Shown here piece by piece: positions 9,224-17,527 of a stretch of DNA of 54,225 nt; within the stretch, counting starts at the first letter, position 1; each line of letters starts with the position of its first letter. The stretch comes from a virus (taxonomy: Duplodnaviria > Caudoviricetes). The notes under the pieces were generated by a model that made no database searches, was not told the DNA's origin, and was given only the letters and a program-made list of their open reading frames with translations. The position numbers and the translations under genes were made by a program. The DNA is taken from positions 1-54,225 of IMG/VR virus record IMGVR_UViG_3300028840_001956; one strand, 5' to 3'.

Positions 9224-9655
9224 ATGAATAAATGGATTGTCCAGGGTAGATTGGGAAAAGATCCCGAGGTGCGGTACACGCCTTCAGGGACAGCGGTCAC
9301 AAACTTTTCGGTAGCCACTTCGAGGAAGTGGAAGGATAAGAACGGCGCTCCCCAGGAAGAGACAGAATGGACCAATGTTGTATTTTGGGGGAAACGTGCA
9401 GAGGTTATCGGAGAATACTTCAGCAAGGGGAAGATGATCCTGGTTGAAGGTCGCGCACAAACAAGCTCGTGGGAAGGAAAGGACGACGGGATCAAGCGGT
9501 ATAAAACAGAACTCGTTGGAGAAAACTTTTGGTTCTGCGGGGATAAAGGCGGCGGTGGATATACACCGAAGGAGTCAGACTACGGTGGAGCGCCAGGTAC
9601 AGCGCCAGCGCCAGGAACGGGTCCAGGTCCGGTTGACGACGACATCCCGTTTTAA
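9224..9655 (+). CDS. ssb: Single-stranded DNA-binding protein
   Basis: 'GRLGKDPEVRYT...' OB fold; C-terminal DDDIPF. Confidence 0.95.
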   Translation: MNKWIVQGRLGKDPEVRYTPSGTAVTNFSVATSRKWKDKNGAPQEETEWTNVVFWGKRAEVIGEYFSKGKMILVEGRAQTSSWEGKDDGIKRYKTELVGENFWFCGDKGGGGYTPKESDYGGAPGTAPAPGTGPGPVDDDIPF

Positions 9656-9666
9656 TTTTAAAAACC

Positions 9667-9697
9667 GGTTAACAAAAGGCGAATAGTGTGGTATAAT
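9667..9697 (+). promoter_or_regulatory. Sigma70-type promoter, conserved-spacer family
   Basis: GGTTAACA aaaggcgaatagtgtgg TATAAT (extended -10). Confidence 0.8.
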
Positions 9698-9756
9698 AGA
9701 ATTAAGCTATGGATATTGTACCTTAACGATTAATTTTAACAGGGGGATTATTTATC

Positions 9757-10641
9757 ATGAAAAAGCTTTTTGTAGTCTTGGCAATGATCGCAGCGCTTGC
9801 CTTCGCGCCTGTTGCGATTGCAAAGAACGATGGCAACCAGAACAGATGTCACAATATAGCCGGTCTCGTTATCGATTGTTCGGAAACGACCAACGTTGAC
9901 AACTCAATAACCAATAGGTCAACCTCTAACTCGAAATCCGAGGCAACGGTCGTTGGGTTTTTCGACGTCGATAATGAAATCGATATGGACCAGAAACAAA
10001 AACAGGCCCAGGCCCAGGACCAACTTCAGGGCCAGAAACAATCAGCCAATAATGAAGGCGTCGAGCAAAAAACCGACGTCAACATTGAAGGCGACGTCTA
10101 CGAGGCAGCACCCAATCACATTCAAGGCCCTGCCCTGGTTCAACCCGACGCGAAGTTTGCGAAGGGAAAGTCATTTAGCTTCCGCACTAAGGGTAGCTTC
10201 TGGACGACCCATAGCGGCTTAGGAAAAGATGCCGCCTACAACCTCGCCATTGATGCCGATGACGCTAAGGTTGACAGAGCGCTGGCCTATAAATACCCTT
10301 CGACCGAATACGTCCATAAGGGCATGCCGGTCAAAGGCGTAGATATGGGCAGCCTGTACGTTTATCCTGATGGCTCCAGAGTAACTGTCAACGGCCTTGA
10401 GGGTAAGGGGCTGGGGGTCGCCATGAAATATGGTGCCACTCATGCCGTAATTATCTATGACAAGGGTGACGCAGCCGATGGGTCCGCCTGGAATATCGGT
10501 GTTGGCGGCGGCGGCTCGTTCGTCCTGGATGCCGCTGGCAAAATGATGGCCGCACCAAATGGTGGATTTGGTTACGGTGAAGCCCACGCCATTAATTCTG
10601 AACTACCGGCGATGGTGATCAGATGTTTTAGGGCTGAATAA
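9757..10641 (+). CDS. Secreted/periplasmic protein with Sec signal peptide
   Basis: MKKLFVVLAMIAALAFAPVAIA|K; Gln-rich linker; own promoter. Confidence 0.75.
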   Translation: MKKLFVVLAMIAALAFAPVAIAKNDGNQNRCHNIAGLVIDCSETTNVDNSITNRSTSNSKSEATVVGFFDVDNEIDMDQKQKQAQAQDQLQGQKQSANNEGVEQKTDVNIEGDVYEAAPNHIQGPALVQPDAKFAKGKSFSFRTKGSFWTTHSGLGKDAAYNLAIDADDAKVDRALAYKYPSTEYVHKGMPVKGVDMGSLYVYPDGSRVTVNGLEGKGLGVAMKYGATHAVIIYDKGDAADGSAWNIGVGGGGSFVLDAAGKMMAAPNGGFGYGEAHAINSELPAMVIRCFRAE

Positions 10642-10645
10642 ATAT

Positions 10646-10669
10646 AAGGCGCAGAACCCCGAATTTCAA
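10646..10669 (+). repeat. 24-bp exact direct repeat, copy 1 (intergenic)
   Basis: AAGGCGCAGAACCCCGAATTTCAA, identical to 44890-44913. Confidence 0.95.
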
Positions 10670-10674
10670 CCGAA

Positions 10675-10739
10675 AGGGCGGCGCTACCGGAAAGATGCGC
10701 CTGGATACGCACCGGTAGAGAGCCAGGTCATGCCGCCCT
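10675..10739 (+). ncRNA. Predicted structured RNA with pseudoknot, family unknown
   Basis: AGGGCGGC/GCCGCCCT, CTACCGG/CCGGTAG and TGCG/CGCA stems; loop CCTGG is complementary to CCAGG at 10723-10727. Confidence 0.55.
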
Positions 10740-10759
10740 AACAAACGGAAGGACCAGCG

Positions 10760-10951
10760 ATGCCAGATTTATCGAGGCCAGGATTTATGAGGGAATGCAC
10801 CGCTGGGGATAGCAAGGAAGCACAGAAGGGTTGTATATTCTTTGAACGAGATCGCGACGGGAAGTGCATGAATCAAAGGTTTTCAGAATTTTGCCCGTAC
10901 TACGATACTCTGACAGGTAAGGAAACGACATATGCGGATACTTGCAATTGA
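10760..10951 (+). CDS. Small Cys-containing hypothetical protein
   Basis: 63 aa, four Cys; GGAAGGA RBS. Confidence 0.55.
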   Translation: MPDLSRPGFMRECTAGDSKEAQKGCIFFERDRDGKCMNQRFSEFCPYYDTLTGKETTYADTCN

Positions 10952-11450
10952 TCCAGGAAACATAGAGTCTGCTTGGGTTTTATTCCAAAAGGAAAAGCTT
11001 AGCTTGAGGGAAGGCGTTATGTTTAAGATATTCAGTTGCGGCAAAGAGCTTAACGACGAGGTTCTCGACAAGCTTGCATATGAAATGTCCTACGACGCAC
11101 TCGCGATGGAAGAGATCGTGGCCTATGGGAAGTGGTCTGGCAGGGAGATTACTGACTCTGCATTTTGGTCAGGTAGATTCTGTCAGGCGTCCACAGCACC
11201 ATTCACCATGATTAATAGATCAAAGGTTAGGTGGCACCTGGGTGGACAGAAAAAGGTAACCGACGCCACAATAATTGAGAGATTGATCGAGAGGTTTTGT
11301 CCCGGGCTTTATTCTAAATACAAGGCCGGAGATCTAACGAAAATGAAAATGATAAACGCCTCTCGCGATGAATACTTCGAAAATTTTCATGACGATATAT
11401 GGCAGGCATTCGCATTAGGCGTTACCTGGTATGATCTAAACGTCCACTAA
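10932..11450 (+). CDS. RuvC-like Holliday junction resolvase
   Basis: 'ILAIDPG', 'AMEE', C-terminal 'DDIWQAFALG'. Confidence 0.8.
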   Translation: MRILAIDPGNIESAWVLFQKEKLSLREGVMFKIFSCGKELNDEVLDKLAYEMSYDALAMEEIVAYGKWSGREITDSAFWSGRFCQASTAPFTMINRSKVRWHLGGQKKVTDATIIERLIERFCPGLYSKYKAGDLTKMKMINASRDEYFENFHDDIWQAFALGVTWYDLNVH

Positions 11451-11462
11451 AGGGGGAAGTAT

Positions 11463-12155
11463 ATGCTAAGATTCAAAGCAATTAAGGAATTCGCAGATAC
11501 ATTAAGCGATTCGCTCGCGGCGAAGGCCGGTAACCTTGTATTCCCGCCGCCGTACGAAACTGTGCTTAAGACTGATTCTGTCCTGGAGATCTTCTATCCG
11601 AGGGGTTGCGCTGCGCTGTCAAATTATATCCGTGACAATCATGACTTTCTTGTGCCGCCAGGCGTGCTTGAGACAATTACGTTTAGCCACCTTCTCGATA
11701 TTGTCAACGGTCCCAAGGATCTACTTGGGTGTATACCGCCTGAATTCGATCCGGTCACTCACTTCCAAACAACCGATACCGGTATTGAAATTACCCCATA
11801 CAAAGAGCCTGAATATCTTGACGGCGGGTTCGTTAACCCGTTATGGGTAAAGGACAAACTTCACGATGAAAGTCGAGACATCATGGTGAAGAAGAACCAT
11901 GATTATCGGGGCGGCTCGAATGATCCGTATGCAAATTTCAGAGGCTCAAGGGAGTTCGACATTCATCCAGTTATCGGTATCCTTCTTCGGTGCCAGGATA
12001 AATTCAAGCGCATTAAAACCTTCGTCGAGAAGGGTGAGCTTATGGTTAAGGACGAGAGCATTAAAGATGCAGTTCTTGACGTCCACAATTACATGGATCT
12101 AATCTACGGGCTTATCAAAGAGGCCCAGGAAGGCGGGAGCAATGTCAGCAAATAG
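11463..12155 (+). CDS. Nucleotide-modification-associated domain (DUF1599/Nmad1-like) protein
   Basis: 'KKNHDY...DPYANF...GILLR..DKFKR...DESIKD...D..NY'. Confidence 0.7.
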   Translation: MLRFKAIKEFADTLSDSLAAKAGNLVFPPPYETVLKTDSVLEIFYPRGCAALSNYIRDNHDFLVPPGVLETITFSHLLDIVNGPKDLLGCIPPEFDPVTHFQTTDTGIEITPYKEPEYLDGGFVNPLWVKDKLHDESRDIMVKKNHDYRGGSNDPYANFRGSREFDIHPVIGILLRCQDKFKRIKTFVEKGELMVKDESIKDAVLDVHNYMDLIYGLIKEAQEGGSNVSK

Positions 12156-12834
12156 ACGCGAGAGGGTGCCGGAGCCTGAAGGCTGCGATAGATGCACAAA
12201 CAAAACCTGCCTGATGCCAGGTCCTCGCTATGGTATGCCGTGTGACCTTGTTGAGAATTGGCTCAAGGCCAAGGAGAAGGGGTCAAGCGTTTCAAGGGAG
12301 CATATACTTCTTGTTGGAAACGAGTCGTTCATCGACAAGCTTGCCTTCGATGCCCAGCCGGAGCCGGAGCCTGCCAGCTTAGACCACTTCGGGATAAAGT
12401 CACTCGACGACTTTAAGTTGACCGACAAACAGCGTGAAGCGATAAAGATGTTTTTCTATGACAGCAAGAGGGTATCTCAAATAGCCTCAGAACTCAAGAT
12501 ATCCAGCGAGGCCGTACTCGACCGGATAGAGCATGGTAAATCGAGGATCGAAAAGCAATTAAATCGCACTGTGCTATTCAATAATTACCTACAGGGACAG
12601 CTTATCGACGACATCTTTAGGGGTACGATAAAGAATTCTATGCTTGCAAAGTATATCCTTGAAGCCTATTTCATAGAGTGCCTTCCTGCCGGAGAGATAG
12701 TTGAGAGGCTGCAAGAGTCAAGCCTGTCAACAACTCTCGGGGTTGTATACAAATATGTCAATACGGTGAAGGAATTCCTTGAGCCGATGGTATCTGGAGA
12801 GCACAAGAAAGCCTTGACAAATTTTTCTTATTAA
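12142..12834 (+). CDS. Transcription regulator with sigma region-4-like HTH (possible late activator/antiterminator)
   Basis: 'LTDKQREAIKMFFYDSKRVSQIASELKIS'; N-terminal Cys cluster; position at the end of the replication module. Confidence 0.65.
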   Translation: MSANRRERVPEPEGCDRCTNKTCLMPGPRYGMPCDLVENWLKAKEKGSSVSREHILLVGNESFIDKLAFDAQPEPEPASLDHFGIKSLDDFKLTDKQREAIKMFFYDSKRVSQIASELKISSEAVLDRIEHGKSRIEKQLNRTVLFNNYLQGQLIDDIFRGTIKNSMLAKYILEAYFIECLPAGEIVERLQESSLSTTLGVVYKYVNTVKEFLEPMVSGEHKKALTNFSY

Positions 12835-12935
12835 AGCACTTATTTTATTAACCCGCCCAAGCCTGTATTATACAGCAAGGGGCGAAGCGGAACCTCTTAG
12901 AACAATACGCCGCACAAACTTTTAATAGGCGGGAT

Positions 12936-13109
12936 ATGGCTTATACTTACGAGTGCATAAAAAAGAAACATAGATTTTACACAACGCTAAGAGTACCAAA
13001 CCCTAAAATTTATCCTTGTGAAAAATGCTGGACAAAAGGCGTAAAGGAAATCAAAATCAAAAATAAATTTGCTACCGGCCTAAAATACAAGGGGATTGGA
13101 GACGCATGA
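12936..13109 (+). CDS. FmdB-like Zn-ribbon protein; 57 aa, absent from the ORF track
   Basis: MAYTYEC...H.F...CEKC; ATGA overlap with the next gene. Confidence 0.5.
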   Translation: MAYTYECIKKKHRFYTTLRVPNPKIYPCEKCWTKGVKEIKIKNKFATGLKYKGIGDA

Positions 13110-13837
13110 AAGCATTAAAAGTCTTACTACTATCTTGCCTTATCGTCATATTCGGTGCCTGCGCTGCTAACCGTCAGGTCCAGGAGCCTCAACCGGCCAC
13201 GCCCCACGAGGTGGATATTGTCGTTACAATCGACGAGGCTGGCTGCACCTTCATTGAGCCGACGCTCGACGAGAAACTTCTGCACCCTGAATTCGCCGGT
13301 CTGCCGAGGGTCTCAAACCTGTCATGGATAATGGGGGATCATGGGTATATCAAAATTTTCTCCGGCCTGTCGGTTGCCGACGTTACCCGTATGTGGAACG
13401 ACTTCACAATATTCGAATGGCTGGGACTCGAAGATGTTACCATATTTCTGAACTCACCTGGCGGCGACGCTTTCTCCGGCCTTGCACTATCGAATTGGAT
13501 ATTGAAGTTCAGGGAGCGTGGCATGGTTATCAACATCAAGGCGTCCGGTATCGTCGCCTCAGCGGCTGTGCCTATACTCGCCGTGGGATCTCACCGAGAG
13601 GCCCTTAAAGGGACGATCTTTATGGTACATGAGGCTGCCCTATGGAAGTGGCCTGGTCGTGAAACGGCGAGCGATATACGCAGCCAGAACGAGCTTATGA
13701 GGATACTGCGAAATGAATATCTCGGGATATTGGCCGACCATACCAAAACGCCGTTCAGCGAGTGGGAAGAAATGGAAGGCCGCACTACCTGGTTCAATAA
13801 AAAGACGGCTCTCGAACTTGGTTTAATCGACGGATAA
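13106..13837 (+). CDS. ClpP-family protease with N-terminal lipoprotein-like signal
   Basis: 'NSPGG', 'VASAA' (Ser), 'FMVHE' (His), 'LGLID'; N-terminus MKALKVLLLSCLIVIFGAC. Confidence 0.8.
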   Translation: MKALKVLLLSCLIVIFGACAANRQVQEPQPATPHEVDIVVTIDEAGCTFIEPTLDEKLLHPEFAGLPRVSNLSWIMGDHGYIKIFSGLSVADVTRMWNDFTIFEWLGLEDVTIFLNSPGGDAFSGLALSNWILKFRERGMVINIKASGIVASAAVPILAVGSHREALKGTIFMVHEAALWKWPGRETASDIRSQNELMRILRNEYLGILADHTKTPFSEWEEMEGRTTWFNKKTALELGLIDG

Positions 13838-13856
13838 AAACTATCGGGGGATAGTA

Positions 13857-14231
13857 ATGGTATCATATTTCAAGGATCAAAAATGGACATCTCCGAAGTA
13901 CCAGGAATTCATAACTCGCCAGGGCGCTTGCTTTAGATGTGGAAGCGCACGCCTGCCTGGTGAACGACTGCACCCGCACCACGAGCGCATTGGTGGACTC
14001 GGCGGGACAGCCCTAAAACCATCTGATGTTTTTCTCCTACCGATATGCGGTGAGTGCCATAATATTAGGCACTCTACCGCATTCGTTACTTTGGCTGACT
14101 TTTTCAAAGATGAAAACCATGGATGGAACGCAGATGTCAGGAAAGAAATGACCAAGGCCCGTCTCTATGCTGCCATGCTCTGGTATCTTAGCTCATTCTT
14201 AACATCGACAAAAATACAGGTGGTGAAATAA
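13857..14231 (+). CDS. DUF968/HNH-like nuclease
   Basis: 'CFRCG...HPHH...KPSD..LLPICGECH..RH'. Confidence 0.7.
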   Translation: MVSYFKDQKWTSPKYQEFITRQGACFRCGSARLPGERLHPHHERIGGLGGTALKPSDVFLLPICGECHNIRHSTAFVTLADFFKDENHGWNADVRKEMTKARLYAAMLWYLSSFLTSTKIQVVK

Positions 14232-14315
14232 TGGCCGAACATATCAAAAAAAGAAAAGATAAGTCCTCGACGCCTGAGTTCAGGGCGCATTGGGAAGAGA
14301 CGTTTGGGGGTAAAG

Positions 14316-14501
14316 ATGCTAATATTCAAAATGAAACTGATCGACACGAACGCCGAAGCGGCGGCAAGGCCGATAATGGAAAGGATAGTTGAGCTTAACT
14401 ATAACGGTCCTGAGGACAGGCCAGCCGTCGTGAATGTCATCACTCAGGCGTTCACTGAATTTAAAAATCTGATATCTCAGTTGTTAAGAGTATCCATTTA
14501 G
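14316..14501 (+). CDS. Small hypothetical protein
   Basis: GGGGG RBS before ATG; fits the operon. Confidence 0.45.
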   Translation: MLIFKMKLIDTNAEAAARPIMERIVELNYNGPEDRPAVVNVITQAFTEFKNLISQLLRVSI

Positions 14502-14531
14502 GACCAAAATTAAACAAGGGGGATTATATTA

Positions 14532-14915
14532 ATGGCAGACAAGAAACCGCAAAATCAGAGCCAATTGGCTCTCGGCAAGGGATTCGATCCAGAGTATATC
14601 ATTAAGTTTGGCAACCCGTCATTTCGGAAGGGACAAAACTTCACGGTGCGCGATGGCATAAAGCACGCCACCCTGAGTGACAGGATCGGAGACACAATCG
14701 GTTTGGCAGATGTCCAGGGCAATATTGTCGGCACCGGCATACTGACCAATGTCACTGTATGCTCGTTGATCGAGATACCGGACTTCGTGCTGAAGAATGA
14801 GCATGATCTCGACTGCGTGAAGCCGATCGGCCTGATGCACGTTCTTCAGGTTGTTTATGACCGAAAATTTTTGCCGCAGGATGTAGTTACCTGCGTGGGA
14901 TTCAATCTACTGTGA
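14532..14915 (+). CDS. ASCH/PUA-like domain protein
   Basis: 'FRKGQNFTVRDG...GDTIGL...VVTCVGF' pattern. Confidence 0.5.
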   Translation: MADKKPQNQSQLALGKGFDPEYIIKFGNPSFRKGQNFTVRDGIKHATLSDRIGDTIGLADVQGNIVGTGILTNVTVCSLIEIPDFVLKNEHDLDCVKPIGLMHVLQVVYDRKFLPQDVVTCVGFNLL

Positions 14916-15487
14916 AGAAACTAACTCCACAACAACTCGTATTTTGTAACAACATTCTACAGGTGGGGCAGGACGGCCTTAAGTCTATGAAGAGTTACGA
15001 GGCTTACCAGCTTGCTTATCCTTCGGCGTCCAAAAATGCAGCCAAGTCAGGTGCCTCACGGACGCTGAAGCTGCCCCACGTTGTTGAATACCTTGCCCAG
15101 CAACGTGGTGCCTTCGAGAAGGAGACAGCGGAGAGGGTTGCTATTACCAAGGATCGGATACTCCAGGAAGAGGGTACCATAGCGTTCCACGATATAGGCC
15201 AGCTATTCGATCCTGATACCGGAGAGCTATGCAATATCCACGAACTGCCTGAAGATGTTCGCAGGGCCATCGCTTCGGTTGAGGTTATCGAGACAACCGT
15301 ATCCGGAGTGAAGACCAAAAAGCTGAAGATCAAACTGAATGACAAGGGTGGCAGCCTGAACCGTCTTGAGAAGTGCTTTGGGATGCAGAGAGAGGCGCTT
15401 GACGTCGATGCGGTCATCACCGTCAAGGGACTCCTGGAAGAGATCGACGGGACCACCAGGGGGAAGCTGCCGATAGAAATGGAATAG
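14912..15487 (+). CDS. terS: Terminase small subunit
   Basis: 'LTPQQLVFC...AY..AY...ASRTLK.P.V..YL', 'LPEDVRRAIASVE...KIKLNDK'. Confidence 0.85.
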   Translation: MKKLTPQQLVFCNNILQVGQDGLKSMKSYEAYQLAYPSASKNAAKSGASRTLKLPHVVEYLAQQRGAFEKETAERVAITKDRILQEEGTIAFHDIGQLFDPDTGELCNIHELPEDVRRAIASVEVIETTVSGVKTKKLKIKLNDKGGSLNRLEKCFGMQREALDVDAVITVKGLLEEIDGTTRGKLPIEME

Positions 15488-15497
15488 AGGGGGATCT

Positions 15498-15671
15498 ATG
15501 CCAGATATCGAAGCCACGAGGATCGGAGAAACGCCGGTCGGTAAATGTCCAGAGTGCGGTGAGTGGTGCGCCCTCGACGAAATCGTCGGAAAGCCTCACC
15601 TGTATGAGCTTGAGCATTGCAGTAAAAGATATGCACTGTGCGCGAAGCCAGAAGGGGGGAAATCAAAATGA
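15498..15671 (+). CDS. Small Zn-binding protein; 57 aa, absent from the ORF track
   Basis: CPECG...HC; AGGGGG RBS. Confidence 0.5.
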   Translation: MPDIEATRIGETPVGKCPECGEWCALDEIVGKPHLYELEHCSKRYALCAKPEGGKSK

Positions 15672-15895
15672 AAACAAAAGAGACGTTTTATTATATACCT
15701 ACGTTTGGAAGCCATACCACGAAAGTCTTTGCCGGTACCATACCAGGACAGCATGGGGTTCACGAGGTCGAGAACACCAGGTATTTTATAGGATTCCTGG
15801 ATAACATATGGAGAATTAAAGACAGAGACGTCAATCCGTACATATTGCCCCTGCTTCTCTTGGCCACTATCATCGCCGGAATTATCTTTTTTTAA
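15668..15895 (+). CDS. Small membrane-anchored protein
   Basis: C-terminal hydrophobic helix; ATGA overlap. Confidence 0.5.
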   Translation: MKTKETFYYIPTFGSHTTKVFAGTIPGQHGVHEVENTRYFIGFLDNIWRIKDRDVNPYILPLLLLATIIAGIIFF

Positions 15896-15901
15896 AATAG
15901 T

Positions 15902-15932
15902 GGTTAACAAAACACGAATAGTATGTTATAAT
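15902..15932 (+). promoter_or_regulatory. Sigma70-type promoter, conserved-spacer family
   Basis: GGTTAACA aaacacgaatagtatgt TATAAT. Confidence 0.75.
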
Positions 15933-15977
15933 GTTTTTAGATTGAGAAATAAATTATAACATAGTGGGGGGGGGAAA

Positions 15978-16238
15978 ATGATTGAAACTAATCAACGACA
16001 GGACCTCGAAGCCTTCAGGAAAATGTGTACAAGGTGGGAGAAGCATGGTACGGGCCGGAAGTGTGTGGCAGCGTGCGAAAAGCTTGATGGAGATCGCTGC
16101 TCTGCTTATTCTCGGCCTTATGCCAGGTTCAGGGTTGGCGGCTGCGCTCTATGTTCTATACCGCCTGAGACGGTTAAACGCACCAAGCAAACTGTAAATG
16201 CCCTGAAGGCTTCCAAGCGTGCAGCGAGGGGGAACTGA
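15978..16238 (+). CDS. Cys-rich basic hypothetical protein
   Basis: 86 aa; poly-G RBS; C-terminal 'NALKASKRAARG'. Confidence 0.6.
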   Translation: MIETNQRQDLEAFRKMCTRWEKHGTGRKCVAACEKLDGDRCSAYSRPYARFRVGGCALCSIPPETVKRTKQTVNALKASKRAARGN

Positions 16239-16606
16239 TGGGCGGCGGTACGATGGCGACTCCAGAGGAATACCAGCGGGAGAAGAATCGACTGGCTCGC
16301 GATGCCCTCGACAAGGTTGCTGTACATCCTGGACCAATGATATTTTGCGACGCCAAGCTTGATGATGCAGAAGATTATGATTTGAGGCCGTGGAAGGTTT
16401 GGCGAACCAAGCCGACGACCGCAACGGGAATATTTAATGTCAGGGCCTATGTCGAGGCCAACACTATCCATAAGTCCACCGACCTTGATATCAGCGACAT
16501 CCTCAAGGGTGCAGAGTGGCCTTCCATAGATCGGGGGATCAGATGGACAAACCTAATAATCCTAACAGCGACGGCTCTATTCATGGCGGCGATAGGACTC
16601 ATGTAG
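16238..16606 (+). CDS. Hypothetical protein with C-terminal TM helix
   Basis: ORF overlapping the previous stop. Confidence 0.55.
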   Translation: MGGGTMATPEEYQREKNRLARDALDKVAVHPGPMIFCDAKLDDAEDYDLRPWKVWRTKPTTATGIFNVRAYVEANTIHKSTDLDISDILKGAEWPSIDRGIRWTNLIILTATALFMAAIGLM

Positions 16607-16819
16607 GCCTCAGTGAGTCCTCACAAGAAAGTGCTTCTGTGGGTAAATCGGGCAGTTACAGCGTCACGTTTCGAAAACGAACCACAAACGAATTGAGAAA
16701 AGGGGTCATCCAGGTAAACCAGGGTGAACTGAGGGGTATCATGGACACCTTCTACGGGTACGGCTGGGGATTAATCAAAATCAAAAAGGTCGGGGGGATA
16801 AAGAAGGGTTTGGTATAGA

Positions 16820-17065
16820 GTGAAAAATGACTTGACAACCATATTAGGTACCAGGGCATTTAACGACATTTGCTGTTTGCGAATGCCGAATGAAGACCTC
16901 GCAAGGATCATTGAGGCGGCCGTAGAGCAACTTTATTTGAATGGTGGGCCTGACATACGCCTTGCCGTGAGAAAGCCCCTGGAAGAGCTTCTCAGTAAGC
17001 CAAAACAGCAAAAGAAAGACGATCCTGTGAATGATCACGGGAGATGGTGGAAGATGGTGCCATGA
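16820..17065 (+). CDS. Hypothetical protein
   Basis: 81-aa ORF in the operon. Confidence 0.45.
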   Translation: MKNDLTTILGTRAFNDICCLRMPNEDLARIIEAAVEQLYLNGGPDIRLAVRKPLEELLSKPKQQKKDDPVNDHGRWWKMVP

Positions 17066-17287
17066 AGACTAAACCTGACCTGAACGGAAAATACAGATGG
17101 TGGGCTTTCGAGCTTTCCTTGTGGGGTCTGGTTTTTTTATATGGAATTCTCAGGGTGGTTTCGTGGTTCGAGCCACGGAAGGTACCAAAAAGGACCATTA
17201 AAGCGCCTCAAAAGCGCTTAATGCGTCATTAAAGGTACATTATAGTGAATAATCGGGCTATGCCCACGGGATAGGAAAGGATGGGCA

Positions 17288-17461
17288 ATGGAGCCTACTG
17301 TTACGGACGAGGTGAGGGTTGCTGCTATTCGATCGATGTTGATCGAGGCCGAGAATCAAATTCGAAAATGCAATAAGATCCTGGACTTTATGATAGACAG
17401 CAAGACTGCAGACGAAACGGCTGCTGAATATATCAAGGCCCAGGACGTCTGTGAGGACTGA
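17288..17461 (+). CDS. 57-aa helical hypothetical protein, absent from the ORF track
   Basis: AGGA-type RBS; MEPTVTDEVRVAAIRS... Confidence 0.45.
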   Translation: MEPTVTDEVRVAAIRSMLIEAENQIRKCNKILDFMIDSKTADETAAEYIKAQDVCED

Positions 17462-17527
17462 GGGTAAGATTTCCGGCCAGGTGGCCGAGAAACTTTCTTA
17501 AACAGGAAAATAGGGGGATATAAGAAA

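Noticed and set aside
14396-14415. TAACTATAACGGTCCTGAGG resembles the 23S rRNA I-CeuI site (TAACTATAACGGTCCTAAGG)
   Set aside because: It lies within a small ORF (LNYNGPE) with no flanking rRNA similarity, so it is treated as coincidence
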